A DNA stretch of 64,000 nucleotides from Nitrospinaceae bacterium (lineage in GTDB: Bacteria; Nitrospinota; Nitrospinia; Nitrospinales; VA-1), in contig BQJC01000003.1 in assembly GCA_021604505.1 (NCBI GenBank), positions 470,439 through 534,438 on the forward strand, given 5' to 3'. The notes under the pieces were generated by a model. The model made no database searches. It was not told the origin of the DNA and worked only from the letters and a program-made list of their open reading frames with translations. A program made the position numbers and the translations under genes. How positions within the stretch are numbered: position 1 is the stretch's first letter; each line of letters opens with the position of its first letter. Positions 19,078-28,958 of this stretch are shown here, piece by piece.

Positions 19078-20670
19078 ATGGAAAAATTAGCCACATTCGT
19101 CAAACAGCTTTCAGAGCGCTTCGCCTCTCTGCCTCAAGGGCAGAAGTTTGCCGTTTTGGCTCTGGTCGCTGCTGGTTTCGCCTCCTTGTTCGCCATGTCC
19201 CTGTGGGTGAAGACCCCGGACTACCAACTTCTGTACGCAAAGCTGACTCCCGAGGACGCCGCTAAAATCGTTGAGCGGTTAAAATCCGAAAAAATTCCCT
19301 ACGAGCTTTCCCAGGGCGGACAAACCATCCGGGTTCCCGCCAAGGAGATGCACGAAATCCGCCTCCAACTGGCCGGAGAAGGCCTGCCGGAAGGAGGGGA
19401 AGTGGGAATGGAAATATTCGAAGACAGCTCGCTGGGAATGACGGAATTCATGCAAAAACTCAATTACCAACGCGCTATCCAGGGAGAATTGAGCCGCACC
19501 ATCAAAACCCTGGATGCCGTAGACCAGGCGCGCGTCCACCTGGTGATTCCCAAAGACACCTTGTTCCTCAAAGAGAAACCGCGGGGAAAAGCCTCCGTCA
19601 CCATAAAAATCAAACCTGGAAAGACCGTTAGCCGGGACCAGGCGCAGGGAATCGTGCATCTCGTCGCCGCCAGTGTAGAGGGAATCAACGCACAAGATGT
19701 CGTGGTTGTCGATTTAAAGGGAAACCTTCTTTCAGGAGACCAGGAAGGTTCCAGCGGAGCGATCCGCACCTCCACCAATTATCAGCACAAGATGCTGGTT
19801 GAAAAACAAATCCAGGGCAACCTGGTCCGCATGCTGGAAAACGCATTGGGGGAAGGCAAGGTCATCGCCCGCGTCAACGCCGATCTTGACTTTGAAATGG
19901 TAGAACGAACCGAGGAAATTTTCGATCCGGATTCTCAGGTGGTGCGAAGCGAACAAATCGTTACCGAAGCTACGTTAGGAGCTCTTCCTCCAGGAGGCAT
20001 CCCTGGAGCCCAGAGCCTGGTTCCTGGTGGCGGAGGCGGAAGCACACCGGGAGGCCAACCGGCAAAACGCGACAAGGAAAACCAGACCTTTAACTATGAA
20101 ATCAACAAAATCGTCCGGCAGATTTCCAAGCCCATCGGCACCATAAAAAAGTTATCCGTGGCAGTTCTCATTGACGGCAACCTCACAGGCGACCCCCTGG
20201 AATACCAGCCGCGAAGTGAAGAAGATATGGCCAAGTACCTGACCATTGTTAAATCAGCCATCGGCTACGATGAAAAACGCGGGGACCAGATCCAGCTGGA
20301 AAACGTTCAGTTCGACCGGTCCTTTGAACTCGATGAGGAAAGTCGGCTTGCCAAATCAGAAACCATGGAGCTGGCCTTCAAAATCGCCAAATACGTATTG
20401 GGAGCGCTTTTCGTTCTGCTGTTCTTCACACGGGTGATCCGCCCGATCATCAACTGGATGACAACTTCTCTGGAAGTGGTCCCGGATGCGCAGGGTCAAT
20501 TGACGACAAATGAGATGGCCGCCATCGAAGAGGAGAAGAAAAGCCTCGGAGATGCCTTAAACGAAGCGGCGGAAATCCGGCAGGCGGTTACCGAGTTCGT
20601 CAGTAACGATCCCAAATTTACAGCCGGCGTGATTCGCAAATGGCTCAAAGATAAAGGACCACCAACTTAA
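19078..20670 (+). CDS. fliF: flagellar M-ring protein FliF
   Basis: 530 aa. It has an N-terminal TM segment, the motif NYQRAIQGELSRTI, a Gly-rich linker and a C-terminal TM segment, and it lies just before fliG. Confidence 0.9.
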   Translation: MEKLATFVKQLSERFASLPQGQKFAVLALVAAGFASLFAMSLWVKTPDYQLLYAKLTPEDAAKIVERLKSEKIPYELSQGGQTIRVPAKEMHEIRLQLAGEGLPEGGEVGMEIFEDSSLGMTEFMQKLNYQRAIQGELSRTIKTLDAVDQARVHLVIPKDTLFLKEKPRGKASVTIKIKPGKTVSRDQAQGIVHLVAASVEGINAQDVVVVDLKGNLLSGDQEGSSGAIRTSTNYQHKMLVEKQIQGNLVRMLENALGEGKVIARVNADLDFEMVERTEEIFDPDSQVVRSEQIVTEATLGALPPGGIPGAQSLVPGGGGGSTPGGQPAKRDKENQTFNYEINKIVRQISKPIGTIKKLSVAVLIDGNLTGDPLEYQPRSEEDMAKYLTIVKSAIGYDEKRGDQIQLENVQFDRSFELDEESRLAKSETMELAFKIAKYVLGALFVLLFFTRVIRPIINWMTTSLEVVPDAQGQLTTNEMAAIEEEKKSLGDALNEAAEIRQAVTEFVSNDPKFTAGVIRKWLKDKGPPT

Positions 20671-20688
20671 TTTGTTGAGGCAAATCCT

Positions 20689-21699
20689 ATGGCTAGACAA
20701 TTCACCGGCCCCGAAAAAGCCGCCATTCTTCTGATGTCTCTGGGCGAAGAGAACGCCATCCCCATTCTGGAAAACATGGATGAACGTGAAATCCAGAGTA
20801 TCGGCAATTACATGTCTTCCCTTGGCGACGTGGACATGCCGTCCATGGATGCCATCACCAAGGAGTTTTATGACAGCGTCGAAACCGGCACGGGAGGATT
20901 GGGAATCGCCGGCATGGATTTTTTGAAATCCGCACTGATGAAAGCGCTCGACCCGGCGAAGGCAACGGAAATTCTCAACAATATCACCACCCCCGGCGAA
21001 GAAATGGGAGGCGGCCTGGAAACGGTCCGCATGCTGGAGCCCAGAACCATTGCCGCTTTTTTGATCAACGAGCACCCTCAGACCGCAGCGATCATCATGG
21101 CCCACTTGGACGTACCTATGGCAAGCCAGACCATCCGCGAACTGCCGGAAGAAAACCGCATGGAAATCGTCCATCGCATGGCCACGCTCGAGCGAGTCTC
21201 TCCCACGATCCTCCGCGAACTGGATGAAGCTCTGCAAAATGAATTTCGAGCTTCCGGCGCGGTGTCGGGAAGCAAACTGGGAGGCGTGGAAAGCGCGGCG
21301 CACGTCATGGGAGCTCTGGACCGGGCAACCGAAACTTCAATCTTGTCCGCCATGGATGAAGTCGACCCGGATCTGGCCAACGAAATCCGCAACCTCAGGT
21401 TCACCTATGAGGACATTCAAAAAATCGATGACCACGGCATCCAATTGATCTTGAAGGACGTGAACCAGGAAGACCTGCTCATTTCATTAAAAACCGCCAG
21501 CGACGCGCTCAAGGAGAAATGGTTGAGCAATATGTCCGAACGGGCGGCCATGATGATAAAAGAAGATCTGGAATCCATGGGGCCGACCAAAATCAGCGAT
21601 GTGGAAAAGACTCAGGCGAAGATCGTCGCCGTGTGCAAGAAAATGGAAGAAGAAGGTAAAATATCCATCGGTGGAGGGGCAGGAGAAGAGCTTGTCTAA
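20689..21699 (+). CDS. fliG: flagellar motor switch protein FliG
   Basis: 336 aa. Motifs present: AAILLMSLGEENAIPILENMDEREIQ and MMIKEDLESMGPTKISDVEKTQAKIV. Confidence 0.92.
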   Translation: MARQFTGPEKAAILLMSLGEENAIPILENMDEREIQSIGNYMSSLGDVDMPSMDAITKEFYDSVETGTGGLGIAGMDFLKSALMKALDPAKATEILNNITTPGEEMGGGLETVRMLEPRTIAAFLINEHPQTAAIIMAHLDVPMASQTIRELPEENRMEIVHRMATLERVSPTILRELDEALQNEFRASGAVSGSKLGGVESAAHVMGALDRATETSILSAMDEVDPDLANEIRNLRFTYEDIQKIDDHGIQLILKDVNQEDLLISLKTASDALKEKWLSNMSERAAMMIKEDLESMGPTKISDVEKTQAKIVAVCKKMEEEGKISIGGGAGEELV

Positions 21700-22498
21700 A
21701 GATTCTAAATATTTTGTCCGCAGTTACCTTCCTCCAGAGGAAAACGAAGGCTCTTCTGACTCTCCACCAAATGCAACCAATGACTTCAAACTTCACGAAC
21801 TGATTCCTGGCAATAAAAAAAATCAAAGGGAATTTATTTACGATTCAGAAGAAGCCACCAATTTTGACAGTCACAACATCAATCGAGCCAAACAGGGTGT
21901 GATCGAAATCATGCGGGACGCCCTCACTAAAGCAAAAACTCAAGCCGCCCAAATCCGCGAAACAGCGGACAAGGAAGCCCGTGAAACAGGGTACGCCGAA
22001 GGGTTCAAAAAAGGCGAGCTGGAAGCCAAGGAGGAATTTCAACCCTTTCTGGAAACCACCGAGAATGCCATTCGGGAGTTGAGCGGTTTCCGCAAAAAAA
22101 TGTACTCCAAGGTGGAACGGGAAATGATCGAAATGGTGATTTCCTTGGTCAAGAAAGTCATACACTTTGAGCTCTCCACCCGGGACGACAGCATTCAGGA
22201 GATGATCCGTCTTGCGGTTCAGTCGGTGTTAGACAAAGAATCGATGACCATCAAGATAAACCCTGCGGATATAGAACACGCTGAAAACTTCCGCCCCGAG
22301 TTGCAGCATTTGTTCGGCGAAATCAAAAACATTTCCTTCGAACCTAGCACCGGGATCGAGCGAGGGGGCTGTATTATCGAAACCAACTTTGGCACGGTGG
22401 ACGCGAGAATGGACAAGCTCGGAGAACAAATCGATAAAATACTGCATCTCGCGCCCCCCCCTCCCGAGGAAGAAACGCCACCAGATTCCGCGTCCTAG
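21692..22498 (+). CDS. fliH: flagellar assembly protein FliH
   Basis: The track ORF starts at 21599, inside fliG. The most plausible start is TTG 21692, preceded by AGGAG (21681-21685). GTG 21671 is an alternative. Motifs present: GYAEGFKKGELEAKEEF and a C-terminal GGCIIETNFGTVDARMD. The gene sits between fliG and fliI. Confidence 0.8.
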   Translation: MSKDSKYFVRSYLPPEENEGSSDSPPNATNDFKLHELIPGNKKNQREFIYDSEEATNFDSHNINRAKQGVIEIMRDALTKAKTQAAQIRETADKEARETGYAEGFKKGELEAKEEFQPFLETTENAIRELSGFRKKMYSKVEREMIEMVISLVKKVIHFELSTRDDSIQEMIRLAVQSVLDKESMTIKINPADIEHAENFRPELQHLFGEIKNISFEPSTGIERGGCIIETNFGTVDARMDKLGEQIDKILHLAPPPPEEETPPDSAS

Positions 22499-22507
22499 AA
22501 AAAGCCT

Positions 22508-23830
22508 ATGGAAGATATTATTGATCTGAAAAAATATCAGTCCTACATCGAGAACACCTCTTTCGTCCGAAAAACCGGGAGGGTGAATCGGATCATAGGC
22601 CTCATCCTCGAAGGCAACGGTCCCGCAGCATCTGTCGGGAGCATATGCACCATTTATCCTGGAAACAACCGGCCTCCCGTGGAAGCGCAAGTTGTGGGAT
22701 TTCGCGAAAATCACACACTGCTCATGCCGCTCGGTGACCTCATTGGGGTGCAGCCAGGCAGTGTGATCGAATCCGCGGATGAATACCCCACCGTCAATGT
22801 GAGCCCCAGGCTGATCGGACGGATCATTGACGGCAATGGGCGTCCTTTGGACGGCAAAGGCCCCGTCCCCCCCAATATGGAATACCCCTTGATGGGAACG
22901 CCGATAAATCCTCTGGACAGGAGCCGTGTTCAGGAACCCCTGGATGTAGGCGTCCGCTCGATCAACGGACTGCTCACCTGCGCCAAAGGACAAAGAGTCG
23001 GCGTTTTGGCAGGCACCGGAGTGGGGAAATCCATGTTGATGGGAATGATTGCCCGCAATACCAATGCCGACGTCAATGTCATCGCCTTGATTGGAGAACG
23101 CGGACGCGAAGTGAAAGAGTTCATCGAAGAAAGCCTGGGACCGGAGGGATTGAAAAAATCCGTGGTCGTGGCCGCCACCTCCGACCAGCCTCCGTTGGTG
23201 CGGCTCCGGGGAGCCTTTATTGCGACAACCATTGCTGAGTTTTTCCGGGATCAGGACAAAGACGTGATCCTGATGATGGATTCCGTGACCCGGTTTGCCA
23301 TGGCCCAGCGGGAGATAGGGCTTTCCGTGGGAGAACCTCCCACCACACGGGGCTACACCCCTTCCGTTTTTTCCATGCTCCCTAAACTTCTGGAAAGAGC
23401 CGGGACCAGTTCGGGAAGCGGGACCATCACCGGCCTTTACACGGTTCTCGTGGAAGGAGATGACTTGAACGAGCCGATTTCCGATGCGGTACGGGCTATT
23501 CTCGATGGGCATATTGTTCTCAGCCGCGAACTGGCGGCACATAACCATTACCCGGCTGTGGACATCTTGAGCAGCATCAGCCGCTTGATGATAGAAGTCG
23601 TTTCCGAGGAGCACCATGACCTTTCAATGCAGTTCAACGACATTCTCGCAACGTACCGTGAAGCCGCGGACCTCATCAATATCGGTGCGTATGCACGCGG
23701 GAGCAACGCAAAAATTGACCTGGCGATTTCCAAAATCGATCGAATGAACCAGTTCCTTCGCCAGGGAATCGATGAAAAGGTGGATCTGGCTCATAGCACG
23801 GATCAATTAAAAGCGATTGTGGAGGGCTGA
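22508..23830 (+). CDS. fliI: flagellum-specific ATPase FliI
   Basis: 440 aa. It has Walker A (AGTGVGKSMLMG), Walker B (VILMMDSVTRFA) and an F1/T3SS ATPase-like core. Confidence 0.95.
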   Translation: MEDIIDLKKYQSYIENTSFVRKTGRVNRIIGLILEGNGPAASVGSICTIYPGNNRPPVEAQVVGFRENHTLLMPLGDLIGVQPGSVIESADEYPTVNVSPRLIGRIIDGNGRPLDGKGPVPPNMEYPLMGTPINPLDRSRVQEPLDVGVRSINGLLTCAKGQRVGVLAGTGVGKSMLMGMIARNTNADVNVIALIGERGREVKEFIEESLGPEGLKKSVVVAATSDQPPLVRLRGAFIATTIAEFFRDQDKDVILMMDSVTRFAMAQREIGLSVGEPPTTRGYTPSVFSMLPKLLERAGTSSGSGTITGLYTVLVEGDDLNEPISDAVRAILDGHIVLSRELAAHNHYPAVDILSSISRLMIEVVSEEHHDLSMQFNDILATYREAADLINIGAYARGSNAKIDLAISKIDRMNQFLRQGIDEKVDLAHSTDQLKAIVEG

Positions 23831-23832
23831 AC

Positions 23833-24267
23833 TTGAAATTCAGATTTGAAACCGTTCTTAAAGTTCACAAAGAACAGGAAAATCTAATAAAAAAAGAATT
23901 GGGAATGATCAACACCCACATGCAGAATCAGATGGACCGCTTGCGGTTCATGGAAGGGATCGCCGTTGAAAGAAAAAAGGAACTGAACCAGATCCTGGAT
24001 CAAGGTATGAATATCGACCGATTGGTTCTGTACAACAACTTTTTCACCGGAGTGAAGCAGGAAAAAGAAAAACAGGAAAAAGTCATCGCCGAAGTTAACG
24101 AAAAGTTAAATCTGAAGAAAAAAGACCTGGTTCAATCCATGATGAAAAGGCGCACCATGGAAATTCTCAAGGAACGGGAGCAGACGGCTTTTAAAAAGAA
24201 ACAAAATAAAACCGAGATAGCCCTGAACGACGAAACCGGCTCCAATCAATGGCGAATCAATTCATGA
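23833..24267 (+). CDS. fliJ: flagellar export chaperone FliJ
   Basis: 144-aa coiled-coil protein immediately after fliI. It starts at TTG, preceded by GGAGGG. Confidence 0.7.
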   Translation: MKFRFETVLKVHKEQENLIKKELGMINTHMQNQMDRLRFMEGIAVERKKELNQILDQGMNIDRLVLYNNFFTGVKQEKEKQEKVIAEVNEKLNLKKKDLVQSMMKRRTMEILKEREQTAFKKKQNKTEIALNDETGSNQWRINS

Positions 24268-24896
24268 GAACCCGCGCTCTAAACTTAAAAATCGCATGTG
24301 TCATTTCAGGCTTGATCTGTGGTTTTCAAGCCGCGACGGTTAGCCTTGTTCCCCAGTATCTGACAACCCCAGCGTTCGCTCAAGAGTCGGCACCGGATTC
24401 CGGAGCAACGTCCTCTTCAGGAGAGACCACTGAGGAAGAGGAAATCCAGGAGAAAGTCACCCTGCCAGGCCCCGTTCCAGGGGTCAGCCCTGAAACCTTC
24501 CGCATGATAGAAATGATCGAAAAGAAAAACCGCGATTTGAAACGGCGGGAAGCAGAAATCGCATTGAAGGAAAAGCGGCTTCAAACACTCGAACAGAAAA
24601 TTGGCCAGGACCTTAAGAAAATCGAGGATGCGATCGCCAGAAGCCAGGAACAAATTGGCATTCAGAAGGATTTGATCAAGAAAAACGTGGAGGGGCTCAT
24701 CAAAGCTTATTCCGCCATGAAGCCCCAGGAAGCCGCCAACCTCCTGGAAGCCCTCAATGAAGACCTGGCCATTCAGATCCTGTCTGGAATGAAAAGCAAA
24801 GTGGCCGGTAAGGTTTTCAGCAAACTGGACGTCAAAGTGGCCAAAAATATCAGCGAAAAACTAGCCGGGCAGAAGAAACCCTCATCCCAAAAATGA
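24249..24896 (+). CDS. MgtE_N-domain flagellar protein (YlxF/FlbB/MotE-like)
   Basis: 215 aa. It has a signal/TM segment and a coiled coil, and its C-terminus reads MKPQEAANLLEALNEDLAIQILSGMKSKVAGKVFSKL. It occupies the same post-fliJ position as Bacillus ylxF. Confidence 0.6.
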   Translation: MANQFMRTRALNLKIACVISGLICGFQAATVSLVPQYLTTPAFAQESAPDSGATSSSGETTEEEEIQEKVTLPGPVPGVSPETFRMIEMIEKKNRDLKRREAEIALKEKRLQTLEQKIGQDLKKIEDAIARSQEQIGIQKDLIKKNVEGLIKAYSAMKPQEAANLLEALNEDLAIQILSGMKSKVAGKVFSKLDVKVAKNISEKLAGQKKPSSQK

Positions 24897-24920
24897 CCCG
24901 ACCGATAAATTATCCGCCGG

Positions 24921-25589
24921 CTATCCACCCTCTCCAGTTTTATCCTTCGCCTCCACCGGTTCCTTGTTCGGGCCGGAACTCACCATGCCAAAGGAAATGA
25001 TCATTTTCAATCCCTCCTCTACCGACATTTCCAGAAACACCAGATCTTTCTTGGGAACCATCAAGAGAAATCCCGTGGTGGGGTTTGGCGAGGTGGGAAC
25101 GAAAACATTGATCGACTCGTCATGGGTTTTCTGATTAATATCTCCTTTGGTGTCACCGCATACGATTCCCAGGGCCTTTAAGGGCGGGCGCGGATAAGTC
25201 AGTAAAACCATATTTTGAAAGGAGGGCGTCTCGGTCTCGGAAAGGGTATTCACCACTTTTTTTATGCTGGTATAAATCACCCGGACAAACGGAATATTGT
25301 TTAAAACCCGTTCGCTGAGATCCAGAATCATTTTGCCAAAAAAGTTGGTGCCAAACAAACCCACCATGACAATGAACAAAACCAGTAAGACAAAACCCGT
25401 TCCCGGAATATGATACTCCTGCATCCACTTAAGCCCGGTTGGACCAAATACCCGGGTGATCACAGGATCCATCGCCCGGTCCACATTTCGTATCACAAAA
25501 GCCAGAACCAGATAGGTCAGAGCAGCGGGAACGGTCACCAACAGGCCGGCTATGATATTCTTCTTGATCGCTTTTCTTAGTTTTTTCAT
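24921..25589 (-). CDS. DUF502 family membrane protein
   Basis: 222 aa with two N-terminal TM helices. The segments FGKMILDLSERVLNNIPFVRVIYTSIKKV and VFVPTSPNPTTGFLLMVPK are typical of DUF502. Confidence 0.7.
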   Translation of the reverse strand: MKKLRKAIKKNIIAGLLVTVPAALTYLVLAFVIRNVDRAMDPVITRVFGPTGLKWMQEYHIPGTGFVLLVLFIVMVGLFGTNFFGKMILDLSERVLNNIPFVRVIYTSIKKVVNTLSETETPSFQNMVLLTYPRPPLKALGIVCGDTKGDINQKTHDESINVFVPTSPNPTTGFLLMVPKKDLVFLEMSVEEGLKMIISFGMVSSGPNKEPVEAKDKTGEGG

Positions 25590-25768
25590 AATTCTGTTGA
25601 CGATGACCGGCGATTCATTCGATCCACCTTCCTAAAAAGATTCAGGCCGCTCTCAAAATATTACTTTCCCCTATGATACCTCAATCCCGGTCAACGGTAA
25701 CGCGTAAGATTGATCTCCGGAAAAATCCTGGGAGGGGCGTGACGTGCTTGCAAAAACTGAAAATACCT

Positions 25769-27451
25769 CTACTGAGGCTTCAGGGTTTTAATGTGTGTTT
25801 TGACCTGGTTCACGAGGGAAGGGTAGCCGATGGTCCCAAGCTCAATAAACCTGCGGTAGTAATGCAGGGCGGGTGTGATTTCCCGGTTTTCCTCATAGAG
25901 CACCGCCAGATTATAATTGGTGCCGGGATGATCGGGGTCCATCGCGAGAGCCCGGTTTAACACCGCCCGGGCCTGTTCAAGATCGTTCTGTTTTTTATAG
26001 ATAATCGCAAGATTGTTGAACGCTTCTAAGTTGCTGGGATTGAGGTCAATGGCCTTCAGATAATTCCGGATTCCTTCCGCATAATTTTTTTGCATGAAGT
26101 AAACGACGCCAATATTGTTGTAAGCCTTCGCATACTCAGGGTCGAGGAAGATCGCCCGGAGAAATTCATCCAGCGCCTTATCGTATTTTCCCTGCTCTTT
26201 GAAAATCACCCCTTTGTTATTGTAGGTATCAGGGTTGTTAGGGTCCAGTTTTTCTGCTTTGACGTAGTTCTCCAGAGCCTTTTCCCAATCCCTGGCCTGC
26301 TGGAAAAAGATAGCCCGGTTGAAATAAAAATCGCTGTTTTGAAATACGTTCTCTTGAGTTGCCGGGTCGGTCCGGGATATTTTTGGTTTCAAAACAGGAG
26401 ACGGTAAGGAAGCGACTTTCCGATCTTCTTTTTGGACTTCAATGACCGGCCTCGGTGATTTTTCACCTGTTCCATCAGAAACATCTGAAGGAACAGAATC
26501 CGAAGACCGCGGTTGAGCGCTCTCAATGGGCGGCTCTCCGATAAGGCTTGGGGTTTCCACGAGTGCCGCGGTTTCCGGTTCAGGGGCTTTCTCCTCAGCA
26601 GGTTCCACCGCTGAAGGGACTTCAGGAGGATCGGCCCTTTTTTCTAACTCACCCGCTTTCTCGACCGGTGATGTTTTGGAGGCCTCCTCCGCAGGCACAA
26701 TGTTTAAAACCTCTTTCCCGGAGAGTTTCGCCGGAATTTCTGCATTCTTAGCAGTTTGCGCCTCAGGTTTTTTCTCCTCAACCGGCCGCACGGTAGAGGA
26801 CGGTTTATTTGAATCCACAACCTTTGCCTTTTCGACCGCCGGTTGTGCGGGAATTGCGTTCTCAGGCACACGCTTCAGGGATTCGTCCCCTGAACCTTTT
26901 GCAAGCGTTTTCGGGATCATAGAAGGCTCAGGTTTCAATGCTGTAGCAGGCAATGAAGCCGATTCCGGTTTTTTTCCGTCTTTTTTCTTCGGGGGATAGG
27001 ATGGAAGACGCTTTTTAGCAGTGCCTTCTTCTTTTCCAGGAGAGGGAACAACTTCCTGAGGGGTCGCCTGCATTTCCAAAGCCGAAGATTTTTTCTCTTC
27101 AGGTGTCGATGAAGACTCCGGCGGCGGTGTTTGAGGCATCGCCTTTTTGGAAGTCTCGACAGGGACACCAAGAACAGAAGGCGCCTTGTCTTTCTCCACT
27201 GGGTTTGGAACCGGCGACTCGGGATTTTGGGCAACTTCCGGTTTTTTAAAATCAAACGCACCGGTGGAAATCAAATACACCAAAATTGCGCCAGGAAGAA
27301 CGATCAAAAGACCCACTCTGAAAACCGACCAGAGACCGGGATGTTTCAACGAATCTCTTTTCGGCACCAGGTTGATTTCCGGGTCGAAGTCCTTTTTGGG
27401 GACCGATTTTTCTTGAACGGCCTTTTTGAGGCTGTCTGCGATCAGGCTCAC
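25769..27451 (-). CDS. GspB(ExeB)/MshN-like protein: N-terminal MS-I-DSLKK motif, one TM, ~300-aa P/E/K/S-rich linker, C-terminal TPR repeats
   Basis: 560 aa. The N-terminus MSLIADSLKKAVQEK resembles the GspB/ExeB N-terminus. A TM helix (LLIVLPGAILVYLI) follows. The C-terminus carries about five TPR repeats (AIFFQQARDWEKALENYVKAEKLDPNNP...). It lies immediately downstream of the ExeA-like gene. Confidence 0.6.
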   Translation of the reverse strand: MSLIADSLKKAVQEKSVPKKDFDPEINLVPKRDSLKHPGLWSVFRVGLLIVLPGAILVYLISTGAFDFKKPEVAQNPESPVPNPVEKDKAPSVLGVPVETSKKAMPQTPPPESSSTPEEKKSSALEMQATPQEVVPSPGKEEGTAKKRLPSYPPKKKDGKKPESASLPATALKPEPSMIPKTLAKGSGDESLKRVPENAIPAQPAVEKAKVVDSNKPSSTVRPVEEKKPEAQTAKNAEIPAKLSGKEVLNIVPAEEASKTSPVEKAGELEKRADPPEVPSAVEPAEEKAPEPETAALVETPSLIGEPPIESAQPRSSDSVPSDVSDGTGEKSPRPVIEVQKEDRKVASLPSPVLKPKISRTDPATQENVFQNSDFYFNRAIFFQQARDWEKALENYVKAEKLDPNNPDTYNNKGVIFKEQGKYDKALDEFLRAIFLDPEYAKAYNNIGVVYFMQKNYAEGIRNYLKAIDLNPSNLEAFNNLAIIYKKQNDLEQARAVLNRALAMDPDHPGTNYNLAVLYEENREITPALHYYRRFIELGTIGYPSLVNQVKTHIKTLKPQ

Positions 27452-27459
27452 GTGAACTC

Positions 27460-28950
27460 CTAAGAGGACTTGGCAACCGATAATAGAATCGGATTCCGCC
27501 CTGAAAATTTTAATGCGTCCACGTGAATTCTTGCCGGTTGAGCTTCTTCATAAGGCCCCACATAAACCATGTACCAGTCTTGATCTTCGGTGACCGCTTT
27601 TATCCAATAGGCCTTAAAACCTTCCTCAAGAAGCTTTCGCACTTCCTCCTTCGCCTGGGCCACTTCCTGAAATGAATAAACTTGAATGCGGTAATTCCCC
27701 TGAGTTACTTCAACCGCATCGTTCCTGGCCGGTTGAACGGTCGCAGTTTTTTCAGACTCTAATGCGTCCTTTTTATTTTCCGGCGCCGCTTGGCCATCCA
27801 TCGCAATCGGTTGAGCCGGGGGAGCTTTCTCTTTCATTGAAGAAACATGCTTCGCTTTCAAGGAATTCCCGGCCAGGGTTTCCTTCTTGCCCAAAAGCTT
27901 TGCTATCCCCAATTTGGATGTGAGTTGCTCAAATTCAGATTTCCAATCCATGTCCACCCGGGCAAAAATGAAGAACGCAATACCGGCAAGGAAAAACAAC
28001 ACCGACAAAATAACCGGCAAACGAAACCGGATAAAATAATCGCGGTAATAATTGTTCTCCTCTTCTCCCAGAAGACTCTTGATCCCCTGGCTGACCTGTG
28101 GCCGGTCGATGACTTCCACCTGGTCGTTGTAACCACTGAGAAGCGCCCGGTCACAAACGAGATTGATCAATCGGGGATAGCCCTGGGAATATTTAAAGAT
28201 CTCTTTCACCGCTGATGGCTTGAAGGATACCCGGGCGCCGGCGCCGGCCACTAAAAGCCGATGGTTGATGTATTGAACCGTCTCTTCCTGTGATAACGGG
28301 CTGATTTCATAACGAATGGATATACGCTGATTGAGTTGCTTCAATTCAGGGGATTTTAATTTATCGTTCAACTCCAGTTGTCCGACAAAAATGATTTGCA
28401 GTAGTTTTTCCTTTTCCGTTTCCAGGTTGGACAAAATCCTGAGTTGCTCCATCACATCCATGGGAAGATTTTGCGCTTCATCGATGATCAATACCGTAGA
28501 CCCTCCAGCCCGGTGCTGTTCCAGAAGAAAGGTGTTCAACGCATCCAGCAGTTCCTTTTTGGAAGCGCGATTGACCCAGCCCAGATTAACTTCTTCGCTG
28601 GGATCGACCTCCAGGGAAGGGCTTGCTGAAACCGAATTTTCAGCGAATACAGAAGTGGGCTGAACTTCCAGGTCGTGGACGCAGGTTCTCAGCAAATCCA
28701 TGTCGGAAAGCATCGGGTTGAGAATGAGAGCCACTTGAATGTTATTATCAAGTTTATCCAGCAAACAACGGCAGAGGGTGGTTTTACCGGTCCCGACATC
28801 GCCGACGATGGACATAAAACCTTCGCGTTGATTGATCCCATAGAGCATATGGTCCAGAGCCCCCTGGTGGTGCTTGCTCAAAAAGAGGAATTTCGGGTCC
28901 GGTGTCAGACTAAAAGGCTTTTCACTGAATCGATAAAAGTTTTCGTACAT
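27460..28950 (-). CDS. ExeA/GspA/MshM-like AAA ATPase with a C-terminal SPOR domain
   Basis: 496 aa. Features: Walker A (GDVGTGKTTLCR), Walker B (VLIIDEAQNL), one TM helix (ILSVLFFLAGIAFFIF) and a SPOR-like C-terminus (YRIQVYSFQEVAQAKEEVRKLLEEGFKAYWIKAV...WYMVYVGPY). Confidence 0.75.
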   Translation of the reverse strand: MYENFYRFSEKPFSLTPDPKFLFLSKHHQGALDHMLYGINQREGFMSIVGDVGTGKTTLCRCLLDKLDNNIQVALILNPMLSDMDLLRTCVHDLEVQPTSVFAENSVSASPSLEVDPSEEVNLGWVNRASKKELLDALNTFLLEQHRAGGSTVLIIDEAQNLPMDVMEQLRILSNLETEKEKLLQIIFVGQLELNDKLKSPELKQLNQRISIRYEISPLSQEETVQYINHRLLVAGAGARVSFKPSAVKEIFKYSQGYPRLINLVCDRALLSGYNDQVEVIDRPQVSQGIKSLLGEEENNYYRDYFIRFRLPVILSVLFFLAGIAFFIFARVDMDWKSEFEQLTSKLGIAKLLGKKETLAGNSLKAKHVSSMKEKAPPAQPIAMDGQAAPENKKDALESEKTATVQPARNDAVEVTQGNYRIQVYSFQEVAQAKEEVRKLLEEGFKAYWIKAVTEDQDWYMVYVGPYEEAQPARIHVDALKFSGRNPILLSVAKSS

Positions 28951-28958
28951 GACCTGAT

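Noticed and set aside
21599-21691. The upstream part of the fliH track ORF, lying inside fliG.
   Set aside because: It overlaps the conserved fliG C-terminus. The TTG at 21692 has a well-spaced AGGAG, while the ATG at 21599 has none.
22229-23617. A 462-aa ORF antisense to fliH/fliI. Other long antisense ORFs occur at 49377-50552 (391 aa, opposite pstS/pstC), 53667-54638 (323 aa, opposite modC), 11570-12349, 20557-21303, 57218-57961, 39461-40108, 59062-59694 and 60096-60614.
   Set aside because: Each lies wholly inside a strongly supported gene on the other strand. Each has a skewed, low-complexity composition (rich in G, R, H and F) and no recognisable motif. These are typical shadow ORFs that arise where the sense strand avoids codons whose complements are stop codons. 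Only conservation or Ribo-seq evidence would change this view.
25673-25960. A 95-aa plus-strand ORF overlapping the 3' end of the TPR gene.
   Set aside because: It overlaps the TPR repeats encoded on the other strand and has no start context or motif.
26526-26999. A 157-aa Ser/Gly/Ala-rich plus-strand ORF.
   Set aside because: It is the mirror image of the P/E/K-rich low-complexity linker of the GspB/MshN-like protein, a compositional artefact.
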